Assembly: GCA_964291405.2 (NCBI GenBank)
Contig: OZ219926.1
Coordinates: 128,001-192,000 of the forward strand
From: Thermodesulfobacteriota bacterium
Lineage (GTDB): Bacteria; Desulfobacterota; Binatia; Bin18
Direction of reading: 5' to 3'
DNA: 64,000 nt
The translations under genes and the position numbers were made by a program. Of this stretch, positions 19,543 to 28,615 are shown piece after piece; position 1 is the stretch's first letter; every line of letters starts with the position of its first letter. A model generated the notes under the pieces. The model ran no database searches. It saw only the letters and a list, made by a program, of their open reading frames with translations, and was not told the origin of the DNA.

Positions 19543-19659
19543 CCCGCAGAGCTGACATGTCCGAGCGCTTTATTCTGACAAGTCGAATGCCGCAATTGTC
19601 CTACTTGACCCCCTGCGACCCTTGCTGCATCCTCAGGAGGTCGCTCGACTGAGGCAGCA

Positions 19660-20496
19660 ATGTATCACCTTACCCGCTTTGTTGAATTTGAGGCGTCCCA
19701 CCGCTATTGGAATCCCGACTTTTCAGAGGAAGAAAATTGGCGGATCTTTGGTAAATGCGTCAGTCCATACGGCCATGGGCATAATTATGTCCTGCGCGTG
19801 ACCGTCCACGGAGAAAGCGATCCGCAAACCGGTATGGTGATCAATATCAAAGAACTCGACCATTTACTCAAAGAGATTACCAGCCAGTTTGATCATAAAT
19901 TCATTAATCTCGACCATCCGGCCTTCAGCCGTCTTATTCCGACGACGGAAACTCTCGCAGCCTATATGCGAGACTATCTCGAAGACCGGTTGCGTGCGGA
20001 GCAGCCTACAGCGCGGCTCTTCCGCGTTCGCCTGTATGAAGAACCAACGCTCTGGTCCGATGTGTCGGGCGGAGAGGGAATTACCATGGCCGCACTCACA
20101 AAATCGTTCAGCTTTAGCGCAGCGCACCGTCTCCATAGTCCACACTTATCCGACGAGCAGAATAGAGAAATCTTTGGCAAGTGTAATAATCTGCACGGCC
20201 ATGGACATAATTACGAATTAGAGGTGACCGTCACCGGCGCTATCGATCCACAGACAGGTATGGTTTTCGACCTGGTTGAACTGATGCAGGTCGTGCAGGA
20301 AGAGGTGATCGAGCGTTTTGATCATAAACACCTCAATCGTGAAACAGAGGAATTTCACAATCTGAATCCCACGGGAGAAAATATTGTCCACGTTATTTGG
20401 AACCTGCTGCAACCACGGCTGGGCACGCACCTGTCGCGGGTTGGGTTATGGGAAACCCCGAAGAATTTCTTTGAATATCACGGAGAGCACGCGTAA
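19660..20496 (+). CDS. Tandem-domain 6-pyruvoyltetrahydropterin synthase (PTPS/QueD family)
   Basis: Two copies of H-R...FGKC.....HGHNY...DPQTGMV...FDHK...PT.E. Confidence 0.92.
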   Translation: MYHLTRFVEFEASHRYWNPDFSEEENWRIFGKCVSPYGHGHNYVLRVTVHGESDPQTGMVINIKELDHLLKEITSQFDHKFINLDHPAFSRLIPTTETLAAYMRDYLEDRLRAEQPTARLFRVRLYEEPTLWSDVSGGEGITMAALTKSFSFSAAHRLHSPHLSDEQNREIFGKCNNLHGHGHNYELEVTVTGAIDPQTGMVFDLVELMQVVQEEVIERFDHKHLNRETEEFHNLNPTGENIVHVIWNLLQPRLGTHLSRVGLWETPKNFFEYHGEHA

Positions 20497-20519
20497 GAAT
20501 CGCATGTAAGGAACCCAGC

Positions 20520-21245
20520 ATGGCATCCCACAAGCTTCACGGACAGGTTGCCGTTATTACCGGTGCGAGTTCTGGCTTAGGTCGCGCCGCCGCCCTCGCC
20601 CTCGCTCGGGCTGGGGTGCAGGTCGTTCTCGCTGCCCGGACCCAGGCGACGTTAGACGGAGTTGTCCAAGAATGTGCCCAGTCCGGCGCCCGGGCTATTG
20701 CTGTCCCAACGGATGTTACCAGTGAGCAAGCAATTGCAACTCTTATGGATAGAGCGGTTGAAGAGTTTGGACAGCTTGACATCCTGGTGACGAGCGCTGG
20801 TGGTGCAGCCTTTGGTCCCATCATGGAATCCCGCACCGAGGACTGGGACATGCTCATGAACGTCAATCTGCGTGGGACGTATCTCTGCTGTAAAAGTGCC
20901 CTCAAATATATGCTGCCCCGGAGGAGCGGTCATATCCTCAACGTGTTGTCCATTGCCAGCCACATGATCTTACCTGGCTCAACCGCCTATACCGCCTCTA
21001 AATTCGGCGCCCTCGGTCTGACCAAGGTCTTAGCAGCTGAAGTCCGCTCAGAAGGGATAAAAGTCACTGCGGTTATTCCCGGCGCGGTCGATACTCCCCT
21101 GTGGGACAAAAGCGGCGGAGACCTGGACCGGACAAAAATGCTGTCCCCAGACGATGTGGCAGACGCCATGCTGAGCGTTATTGCCCAACCGGCCGGTATT
21201 CATACCGACGAGCTTCACCTCATGCCGCCCCTCGGCGTGCTGTAG
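20520..21245 (+). CDS. SDR oxidoreductase, bacterial sepiapterin-reductase-like
   Basis: TGASSGLG, YTASK, PGAVDTPLWDK; directly follows PTPS. Confidence 0.65.
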   Translation: MASHKLHGQVAVITGASSGLGRAAALALARAGVQVVLAARTQATLDGVVQECAQSGARAIAVPTDVTSEQAIATLMDRAVEEFGQLDILVTSAGGAAFGPIMESRTEDWDMLMNVNLRGTYLCCKSALKYMLPRRSGHILNVLSIASHMILPGSTAYTASKFGALGLTKVLAAEVRSEGIKVTAVIPGAVDTPLWDKSGGDLDRTKMLSPDDVADAMLSVIAQPAGIHTDELHLMPPLGVL

Positions 21246-21369
21246 TGCCAGACATGGCAAACTGCTCGATTCCATAGCCGTGGATAGTGCGGGTGTTGCG
21301 AGCTTTGCTGCCCAAAAACAGCATGTGATCTGGCCGGAATAGCCCCGGCCCTGTCGACGAGGAGAATAT

Positions 21370-22130
21370 ATGGCGCAACTCGATGGACGTGTAGCAATTG
21401 TCACCGGGGCGGTTCAAGGCATTGGCCTAGGCGTGGCACTGAGTATGGCTCGGGCTGGAGCAAATATTGTGGTGGCGGATATGGCCCAGGACGGCCTTGC
21501 CTCCGCTGTCGCTGAGATTGAAGCTAAGGGCGTACAAGCGTTGGGGGTACAGACCGATGTGACTCAAGCCCGTGCGATTGACCGACTTGTTCACGAGACC
21601 CTGGATAGGTTTGGCACGATCGACATTTTAGTCAACAACGCGGGGTCGTTATTATCAAGCCTATTGCCGACCAGAGTGAGGCAGACTGGGATAGGGTTCT
21701 CGACACCAATCTGAAAGGGACGTTTTTATGCAGCCAGCGCGTCATACAAGAAATGCAAAAACACAAGCGCGGAGCCATTGTGAATTTGTCCTCTATTGCC
21801 GCGTTTCACTTTACCACGCCGCATATCCCCTATGCGGCCTCGAAGGCCGGTGTCTCTGCATTAACCCGGGACTTAGCCTATGAAGTGGCGCCGCTCGGCA
21901 TCCGGGTCAATGCCATAGCCCCTGGTCCGATCCAAACTCCTATGATGGACAACGCGCTGACGGACGAGCAAAAAGCTGCGTACGCCAGGACTGTGCCCGT
22001 TGGGCGATTAGGGCAACCGCCGGATATTGGGAGCGCTGCCGTTTTTCTGGCATCTGATGCGGCCAGCTTTATTACCGGGGTGACTCTACCGGTCACGGGC
22101 GGTACTGATTTGCGGGTGAGTCCGTCGTAG
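21370..22130 (+). CDS. FabG-like SDR, split by a 1-nt deletion in GGGG at 21642-21645
   Basis: TGAVQGIG..VNNAG in ORF1; adding G gives VNNAGVVIIKPIADQSEADWDRVLDTNLKG continuing into YAASK..PGPIQTPM. Confidence 0.85.
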
Positions 22131-22141
22131 TAAAGCTTCAG

Positions 22142-22232
22142 TGGCGGAGGGAGTGGGATTCGAACCCACGAGAGCCTTTTGGACTCTACCGATTTTCAAG
22201 ACCGGCGCCTTCAACCGCTCGGCCATCCCTCC
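22142..22232 (-). tRNA. tRNA-Ser (anticodon UGA)
   Basis: GGAGGGATGGCCGAGCGGTTGAAGGCG-CCGGT-CT-TGA-AA-ATCGG, long variable arm, GGTTCGAATCC, encoded CCA. Confidence 0.97.
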
Positions 22233-22317
22233 ACGTGGCCGGTCTTATACCGCTTTCTTCGACTTTGAAAGGGGGTATGGAGACGGCATCACAGGGGCTT
22301 GACGACAACGGCCCTCT

Positions 22318-22731
22318 TCAGCCTGCCGGCGAGGTATCGGGGCAAACTTTTCGTTCTTTAAAACGCCACTGCCCGGCAACTTTCTCAATCTGGTCTTCAT
22401 AACGCCCAGAAATCACGAGTTCAGTTTTTCCCTGTGCCGCGTGTGTCATGAGCAGATAGCTCTCTGCGGTAGCCGTATCTCCGTCGAGATCGATCAGAAT
22501 ATTCATGACGCAGTGACGAGGCTGCGCGTCTCCAGTCCATTCTTTATAGCGCGAAGTAAACGCCAGTAGCTTCTCCGGCCCTTGCCATACGCCGAGAATC
22601 GGACTGTTAAACGTGCCATCCTCGGTAAAGCATTGAACCCAGTCCTCATAGCGTCCAGCGTCAATCGAGAGGCAATAGCGTGTCATCAAATCGCGAATAG
22701 CCTCTTTATCCTCTAAAGCATTCATGCTCAT
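22318..22731 (-). CDS. NTF2/SnoaL-like protein
   Basis: LEDKEAIRDLMTRY..D...FTEDG...RH..N...GRYED...WRFKER. Confidence 0.9.
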   Translation of the reverse strand: MSMNALEDKEAIRDLMTRYCLSIDAGRYEDWVQCFTEDGTFNSPILGVWQGPEKLLAFTSRYKEWTGDAQPRHCVMNILIDLDGDTATAESYLLMTHAAQGKTELVISGRYEDQIEKVAGQWRFKERKVCPDTSPAG

Positions 22732-22762
22732 ACTCCTTTTTGATTCACTCTTTCACTGCGGT

Positions 22763-23575
22763 TCATCTCGCATTCAGGATGACATTGATATCCTGTCCGG
22801 AACGTCGGACGAGAAGACGGACAGACGGATTCCTTTGTAAAGTTTTCTGCCGAAAGTCCGAGATATTCCGAATGAGTTTACCCTCCAGGGCTAGAATGAC
22901 ATCACCGCGTTGCAGCGCTCCCCGACCCTGAGCGGCATTTGTTACGAGTACCCCCTCCGCCGTCGGTAGCTGAAAATACTCTGCAAGTTCAGCAGTCAGA
23001 TTCTGCACCTCAATACCCATGACCGTCGCGCTGATGGTCTGGAGTGGGCCGGGCAAATGCTGGCTGCTTTCCGTAAAAACATCCTGCGCAACGAAAATAG
23101 GTCGATCGAACCGGAGAGCAAGCGCAATGGCGTCACTCGGACGACTGTCGATCTCGACCAACCGGTCGGTGAAGAGCAAATGAATCTGTGCAAAATATGT
23201 ATTATTTTCAAGCGCACTCACCACAATCTTTTGAAACTCAACACCGATGTTTTCAAGGACATTTTTCATCAGGTCATGCGTTAAGGGACGGGGAGCAGGG
23301 GTTCCAGCCAGTGCCATGGCAATGGCTCTGGCTTCAAATGGGCCAACCCAGATCGGGAGAAATCGTGCCGTCTCGGTGTCTGCAAGAATCACCACCGGAG
23401 CCTGCGCCTGTCGATCAAATCCGACATGATGGACCTGGACAGGAACGGCAGACACGGCAAAAGCACGACCGGGCAGAAGCAGAAGAAGAGCAAAAACGAA
23501 CAGGACAGCGAGAAGACCAGACCAGGATGAACGGGGCCGGAACGAAAAGGGATGATAAGTCTGGTACTGCCGCAT
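22763..23575 (-). CDS. DUF151 bifunctional-nuclease domain + C-terminal PDZ, with signal/TM segment
   Basis: LPIWVG.FEA, RPLTHDL, DSRPSDAIALAL; then MGIEVQNLT..LA...GVLV...LQRGDVIL (HtrA-type PDZ). Confidence 0.85.
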   Translation of the reverse strand: MRQYQTYHPFSFRPRSSWSGLLAVLFVFALLLLLPGRAFAVSAVPVQVHHVGFDRQAQAPVVILADTETARFLPIWVGPFEARAIAMALAGTPAPRPLTHDLMKNVLENIGVEFQKIVVSALENNTYFAQIHLLFTDRLVEIDSRPSDAIALALRFDRPIFVAQDVFTESSQHLPGPLQTISATVMGIEVQNLTAELAEYFQLPTAEGVLVTNAAQGRGALQRGDVILALEGKLIRNISDFRQKTLQRNPSVRLLVRRSGQDINVILNAR

Positions 23576-23753
23576 ACGACCTCCTGGAGTCCTGAGGTTT
23601 CCCTGATAAACACGAACAAGGAAGACAAGACACTGGCAGCGTCCGATGCGCTACATGACGCCGCTGCACTCTTGCTAGTATACTGCACGGGAATGTGCAA
23701 GGGATAAACAGTCAGGCAGTGGTAGGAAGAACGGCAGGACTCTTTACGATCGT

Positions 23754-24086
23754 TCAGTCCGCTGTGTTTGTCGCGCACTCGGCGCACAGATTTTCAATAT
23801 TATCGGGGTCTTCAACGATCCCCTCATCCAAGCTGTGGCATATCTGAGAGCAGCGTGCACAAATAAAATAGATTCCCTCAATAGTCTTGTTGATCCGCTC
23901 CCGGTTCAATACGCGTCCGCGTAGCTTGGAGACCCGAATCCCAAGGAGTTCTTCATAGCGCTTTTTTATCTTGCGTCGTCCAGCTTCGTCTTTTGGAAGT
24001 TCCTCTTCATCAAGGTCCTCCCCCTGCTCTTCCTCGTCAAAGAGCCCTGGTGCGCGTGTCTTATGTGCTTGCTTCGCCCGTGGCAT
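23754..24086 (-). CDS. Small hypothetical protein with CxxC...CxxC zinc finger
   Basis: CARC and CAEC; start abuts upstream stop (TAAATG). Confidence 0.7.
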   Translation of the reverse strand: MPRAKQAHKTRAPGLFDEEEQGEDLDEEELPKDEAGRRKIKKRYEELLGIRVSKLRGRVLNRERINKTIEGIYFICARCSQICHSLDEGIVEDPDNIENLCAECATNTAD

Positions 24087-24269
24087 TTACAAACTCCGGA
24101 CTGAGCTTGTTGTGACAGCATGTTCTACATTCTTTTCACACACCCAATAGAATCCTTTTTTCCCGAATCCGGCAAACTGTACGACCCGACTGGTCGCTCC
24201 ACACGTTGGGCATACTTGTTGTGAGTCAGATTTTTTATCTTTTTGGGCGGTTTTCGTTCTTTCTGCCAT
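24087..24269 (-). CDS. 60-aa zinc-ribbon-like protein
   Basis: CPTC...WVC....H; GGAGG RBS. Confidence 0.7.
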   Translation of the reverse strand: MAERTKTAQKDKKSDSQQVCPTCGATSRVVQFAGFGKKGFYWVCEKNVEHAVTTSSVRSL

Positions 24270-24454
24270 ATTCTTCCTCCGCTATTGCTCCTGACAGGAT
24301 AGGCGATTGCTTGACTGACTGTCAAGGGTGAAGGGTTCTTGTCAGTCTATGACACGCGTGGTACCGTCGATGCCATGAAGGTTTAAATTATCCTTAAAAA
24401 TCATATACTTATGATTAATTACAGTAGCGACTTACAAGTCTTGCGGGGGGAGAG

Positions 24455-25339
24455 ATGACGACACTGTCCGCATCGGACCGGGCGACTCTGCAGCCGGGCG
24501 ACAGTGTTCTCTTCATTGACCAGAAAGAGCGCGAATATATACGTATCCTGCACCCCGGTAGTGTCATTGCGCTACGCGGCGGGAATATTCCTGCTGAGCA
24601 ATTTATCGGGCTTGCAGAGGGTAGCTTGGTCCAAGTGGGTCAGGGTGAAAGATTCCGTATCTTACGGCCAACGTATGCACGTTTGATTCCCAACCTGCCG
24701 CGCCAAGCCCAGGTGATCTATCCCAAAGATATTGGCCCTATCCTGCTCTGGGGAGATGTATTCCCTGGCGCCCAGGTGCTTGAGGTGGGATCAGGTCCGG
24801 GCGCGTTGAGTATGGCTTTGCTGCGGGCCATAGGGCCAGCGGGACATCTGCTCACCGTTGATATTCGAGCCGACCATTGCAAGATGGCACGCAACAACGT
24901 CAAGCGTTTTCTTGGCGCTGCGCCGAACTGGGTATTAGCCCAAACCGACGCGTATCAGGGCTTACCGGTCCGGGAGGTTGATCGCACCCTGATCGATCTC
25001 CCCGAGCCGTGGCAGGTCGTACCTCACGCACGAGAAGTCCTCCGGCCTGGTGGGGTTCTCGTGGGCTATCTTCCCACGGTGCTGCAAGTCAAAACGCTGG
25101 TAGATGCGCTCCACGCGGACCCCAGGTTTGCTTGCGTAGAGGTCATGGAAAACATGCTCCGATTTTGGCACGTCAAAGACCGCTCCATACGCCCGGAACA
25201 CCGTATGGTCGCGCATACGGGATTTATTGTGGTCGCCAGACGGGTCACAGAAGCGGCCGCCGTTCAGGTCAGGTCCGAAAAGCAAGTAAGGCAAGAAGCC
25301 CAGCAAGCCGACGCACCCCGGAACGAGCCGGAGTCTTGA
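24455..25339 (+). CDS. trmI: tRNA (adenine-58-N1)-methyltransferase
   Basis: PRQAQVIYPKD, LEVGSGPGALS, IDLPEPW, RPEHRMVAHTGF. Confidence 0.92.
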   Translation: MTTLSASDRATLQPGDSVLFIDQKEREYIRILHPGSVIALRGGNIPAEQFIGLAEGSLVQVGQGERFRILRPTYARLIPNLPRQAQVIYPKDIGPILLWGDVFPGAQVLEVGSGPGALSMALLRAIGPAGHLLTVDIRADHCKMARNNVKRFLGAAPNWVLAQTDAYQGLPVREVDRTLIDLPEPWQVVPHAREVLRPGGVLVGYLPTVLQVKTLVDALHADPRFACVEVMENMLRFWHVKDRSIRPEHRMVAHTGFIVVARRVTEAAAVQVRSEKQVRQEAQQADAPRNEPES

Positions 25340-25473
25340 TTACTATCGATACCAATCTCATTCACTCGACGATAGCCCCTACCGTTTGGTAAGGCCTGCC
25401 TCAGTCTCTCCCTCTGTTCCCCTTGCCTCCCTAACCTCTCACCTGATAGCTGACGATTGGGAAGGAGGGAGTT

Positions 25474-26291
25474 ATGTCGAAGGTGCTTTTTGAGAAAAAA
25501 GGGCATATTGCCTACGTGACCATTAACCGCCCGGAACGCCTCAACGCCTGTGATTTTGAAACCTATAATATGCTGGCCTTTTTGAAAAAAAAGGCCACAT
25601 TGCCTATGTGACCATTAACCGCCCGGAACGCCTCAACGATATCTGGATCGAATTTCAGGATGATCCGGACTTACGGGTCGCTATTCTGACCGGAACCGGC
25701 GAGCGAGCGTTTAGTGCGGGGAGCGACATAAAAGCCAATTATGTCAATCGGCCGAAAAACGAAAATACCAACCTCTTCCCGACGCTGTTCGACCTGTATA
25801 AACCCATCATCGCCGCTATCAACGGCCACGCGAATGGCGGCGGCCTGGAGCAGGCCCTGGCGTGTGATATCCGCGTGGCTGCGGAGCACGCCCAATTCGG
25901 GTTTGGTGAAGTGCGCCTGGGCTGGCTACCCGGTGGAGGTGGGACGCAACGCTTACCCCGCATCATTCCTCTGGGGCGAGCCTTGGAACTGCTGTATACC
26001 GGCGCGCGCATTTCCGCGGAAGAAGCCTATCGTCTCGGTTTGGTTGACCACCTCGTTCCCATGAGTCAGCTTATGGGCAAATGTGAAGAGATCGCCGAAG
26101 AGATATGCAAAAGCGCGCCGCTGGCCGTGCAACATATCAAGCAAGCTTCCTTACGCGGTCTGGATGTGTCACTTGAGGAAGGACTGAAACTGGAACGCGC
26201 GCTCTATAATGAACTGCAGGAGACCGAAGATGCGCGTGAAGGCGCCCTCGCTTTTGCTGAAAAACGGCCGCCGAATTGGCAGGGCAAATAA
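25474..26291 (+). CDS. Enoyl-CoA hydratase/isomerase with internal ~60-nt duplication and 1-nt frameshift near 25578
   Basis: MSKVLFEKKGHIAYVTINRPERLNA after GGAGG RBS; AFSAGSD, GGGLE, EVRLG.PGGGGTQRL. Confidence 0.85.
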
Positions 26292-26328
26292 GCGGAGCCT
26301 GTTCACCGGAACAATCCAGAGGTGAGAT

Positions 26329-27102
26329 ATGGCAGAATCCGAAATAATTCAGGAAGCCGCACGTCACCTTCTTTCGGCCAAATATGTCATGGCCATGACA
26401 GGCGCCGGTATCTCTGTTGAAAGCGGGATTCCACCCTTTCGCGGGCCGGGCGGGTTGTGGACAAAGTATGGAGAGCCGCCCATGAACGGCTACGAGCTGT
26501 TTCTCCAGGACCCGAAGAAAGCCTGGGAAGAGCGCTTATCGCCCTCAGGGCCAAGTAAAGAGATGTGGCAGACCCTGGGCACGGCAGAGCCGAATGCTGG
26601 CCATGCTGCATTGGCTGAGCTGGAAAATATGGGCATCTTGCGCAGCATGATTACGCAGAACGTTGACAACTTGCACCGTCGAGCCGGCAGCCAGCACCTC
26701 ATTGAAATCCACGGCAATTACACCCTGGTGCGCTGCATTGCCTGTAACTCCCGTTTTCCAGGCTCCGAGGTACCCCTGCACCAGCTGCCGCCGGAGTGTC
26801 CCAACTGTTCGGGTATTCTCAAAAGCGATACCGTGTCATTTGGCGAACCCATTCCCCAGGACGCGCTTGAGCAGTGTTACAGCGAAACGCAATTGTGCGA
26901 CTGCATGATCGTCGCAGGCACCTCGGCGACCGTGTATCCGGCCGCCGGCTTCCCCATTGCCGTCGGCCAGAAAGGCGGTACGCTGATCGAGGTAAATTTG
27001 TACGAAAGCGAATTAACCCCCTTATGCACGCTGAGCCTACGCGGAACGTCTGCTTCAATCCTCAGTCAGTTGGTTGAAGCCGTAAAAGCGCAACGCTCAT
27101 AA
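26329..27102 (+). CDS. cobB: NAD-dependent protein deacylase (sirtuin)
   Basis: TGAGISVESGIPPFRG, TQNVDNLH, IHGN, two CxxC, GTS..VYPAA. Confidence 0.93.
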   Translation: MAESEIIQEAARHLLSAKYVMAMTGAGISVESGIPPFRGPGGLWTKYGEPPMNGYELFLQDPKKAWEERLSPSGPSKEMWQTLGTAEPNAGHAALAELENMGILRSMITQNVDNLHRRAGSQHLIEIHGNYTLVRCIACNSRFPGSEVPLHQLPPECPNCSGILKSDTVSFGEPIPQDALEQCYSETQLCDCMIVAGTSATVYPAAGFPIAVGQKGGTLIEVNLYESELTPLCTLSLRGTSASILSQLVEAVKAQRS

Positions 27103-27129
27103 TCTTTACCGCGCACAGACGCCAAGGAA

Positions 27130-27702
27130 TTGCCAGTGAAACAGTGGTTCGCATTATCGGCTATTGGTCGGGACCGACCCGGTATCGTCGCCGATCTGGC
27201 AGAGCTGATTTTCGAGTGTGATTGTAACCTCGAAGATTCCAGCATGACCCTTCTTGGGGGCGAGTTTGCCGTACTCCTTCTCCTCTCGGGTCGGAGCCCG
27301 GACTGTCAGCAACGGCTCTCGGCGGCCTGCAAACGGCTCGAATGGGAAAAACGCCTGACCGTCTTTTTTCGTCCACTTGAAGAAGAGCCTCTCCCCTATG
27401 GTGCCAACGACGAGACGCGCGGCTATGAACTGGTGGCAACCGGTGTGGATAAAGCCGGCATTGTTGCCCGTGTGGCCCGCTGCTTAGCCGAGCAGGGAGT
27501 GAATATTGTGCACATGCAGACCTCTACTCAGCCAGAGCCAGGCCACGGCACGGTGATCTATCATATGCGGATCACTCTAGCCGTTCCGAGCGACGTTGCC
27601 GAGGCTACCCTGAGAGAGCAACTCGACCGTATTGCAGATGACTTACGTATTCATATAGACCTCACAGCATCCGTTTCGCACGATCAAAGGAGGACCGCAT
27701 GA
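27130..27702 (+). CDS. Tandem ACT-domain protein (GcvR-like)
   Basis: GRDRPGIV...CNLEDSSM and GVDKAGIV...GVNI. Confidence 0.88.
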   Translation: MPVKQWFALSAIGRDRPGIVADLAELIFECDCNLEDSSMTLLGGEFAVLLLLSGRSPDCQQRLSAACKRLEWEKRLTVFFRPLEEEPLPYGANDETRGYELVATGVDKAGIVARVARCLAEQGVNIVHMQTSTQPEPGHGTVIYHMRITLAVPSDVAEATLREQLDRIADDLRIHIDLTASVSHDQRRTA

Positions 27703-28607
27703 AGCTGGGATTTGTTGGTGTTGGCAATATGGGCAACCCTATGGCGCTCAATCTTCTGAAGGCCGGCCATTCTCTTCAGGTGTATGACATCAAACAAGAG
27801 GTAGCCAGCAATCTTATCGAAGATGGGGCAACCTGGGTCGAGAGTCCCAAGGCCGCGGCCACCGGTGTGGAAGCCATCTGTCTCTCCTTACCCATGCCCG
27901 CACACGTCGAAGAGGTCGTCCTAGCTGACAACGGGGCCTTGGCCGGTATTGCCAAAGGGAAAACCATTATCGATATGAGCACAAATTCGCCAACCGTCGT
28001 CAAAAAACTGGCAGAACATGTGAACGCTCAGGGGGTACATTTTCTTGATGCGCCGGTCAGCGGTGGGGTGCGCGGCGCGCGTAAAGGCACGCTGGCCATC
28101 ATGGTTGGTGGGGATAAGGCGGTGTACGATTCGTGTGAATCCGTACTGCAATGCATGGGTAGCAACGTGTTTCATGTCGGGGATATTGGGGCGGGCAATG
28201 TCGCCAAGCTAGTAAATAATATGCTGGCCTTTATTCATATGATGGGTGGCGCCGAAGCCCTCATCCTTGGGGCCAAAGCCGGTGTTGATCCGAATGCACT
28301 GTGGAAAATCGTCAAAGCCAGTAGCGGGAATAGCTTTATCTGGCAGTCTGGAACCAGAGCCATTTTGCGCGATCGGCTCGCGCCAACGTTTACGATCGAC
28401 CTCGCCTGCAAAGATATGGGTCTCGCCACTGACCTTGGCGCGGAATTGGACGTACCCCTGACTATGGCCTCAGCCGCACAAGGGCTGCTCAAAGCCTATC
28501 AGTCGGGCGGGTTTGCTCAGGAAGACGTGTTGGCGACAATCAAAGCCCTTGAACAACAGACGGAGACAACCGTGCGTGGCACCTGGGACGACGCGAACGA
28601 GTCGTAG
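27699..28607 (+). CDS. Beta-hydroxyacid dehydrogenase (3-hydroxyisobutyrate dehydrogenase family)
   Basis: GFVGVGNMG.PM, DAPVSGG, KLVNN, KDMGLA. Confidence 0.92.
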   Translation: MKLGFVGVGNMGNPMALNLLKAGHSLQVYDIKQEVASNLIEDGATWVESPKAAATGVEAICLSLPMPAHVEEVVLADNGALAGIAKGKTIIDMSTNSPTVVKKLAEHVNAQGVHFLDAPVSGGVRGARKGTLAIMVGGDKAVYDSCESVLQCMGSNVFHVGDIGAGNVAKLVNNMLAFIHMMGGAEALILGAKAGVDPNALWKIVKASSGNSFIWQSGTRAILRDRLAPTFTIDLACKDMGLATDLGAELDVPLTMASAAQGLLKAYQSGGFAQEDVLATIKALEQQTETTVRGTWDDANES

Positions 28608-28615
28608 GGACCTGC

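Noticed and set aside
22142-22232. Selenocysteine tRNA or tRNA-anchored genomic island
   Set aside because: Anticodon is UGA (reads UCA, Ser), not UCA; no integrase or duplicated 3' end found in the window
24311-24325. TTGAC-TGACT-GTCAA as another motif B copy
   Set aside because: Spacer is 5 nt and flanks differ; more likely back-to-back -35 elements of divergent promoters
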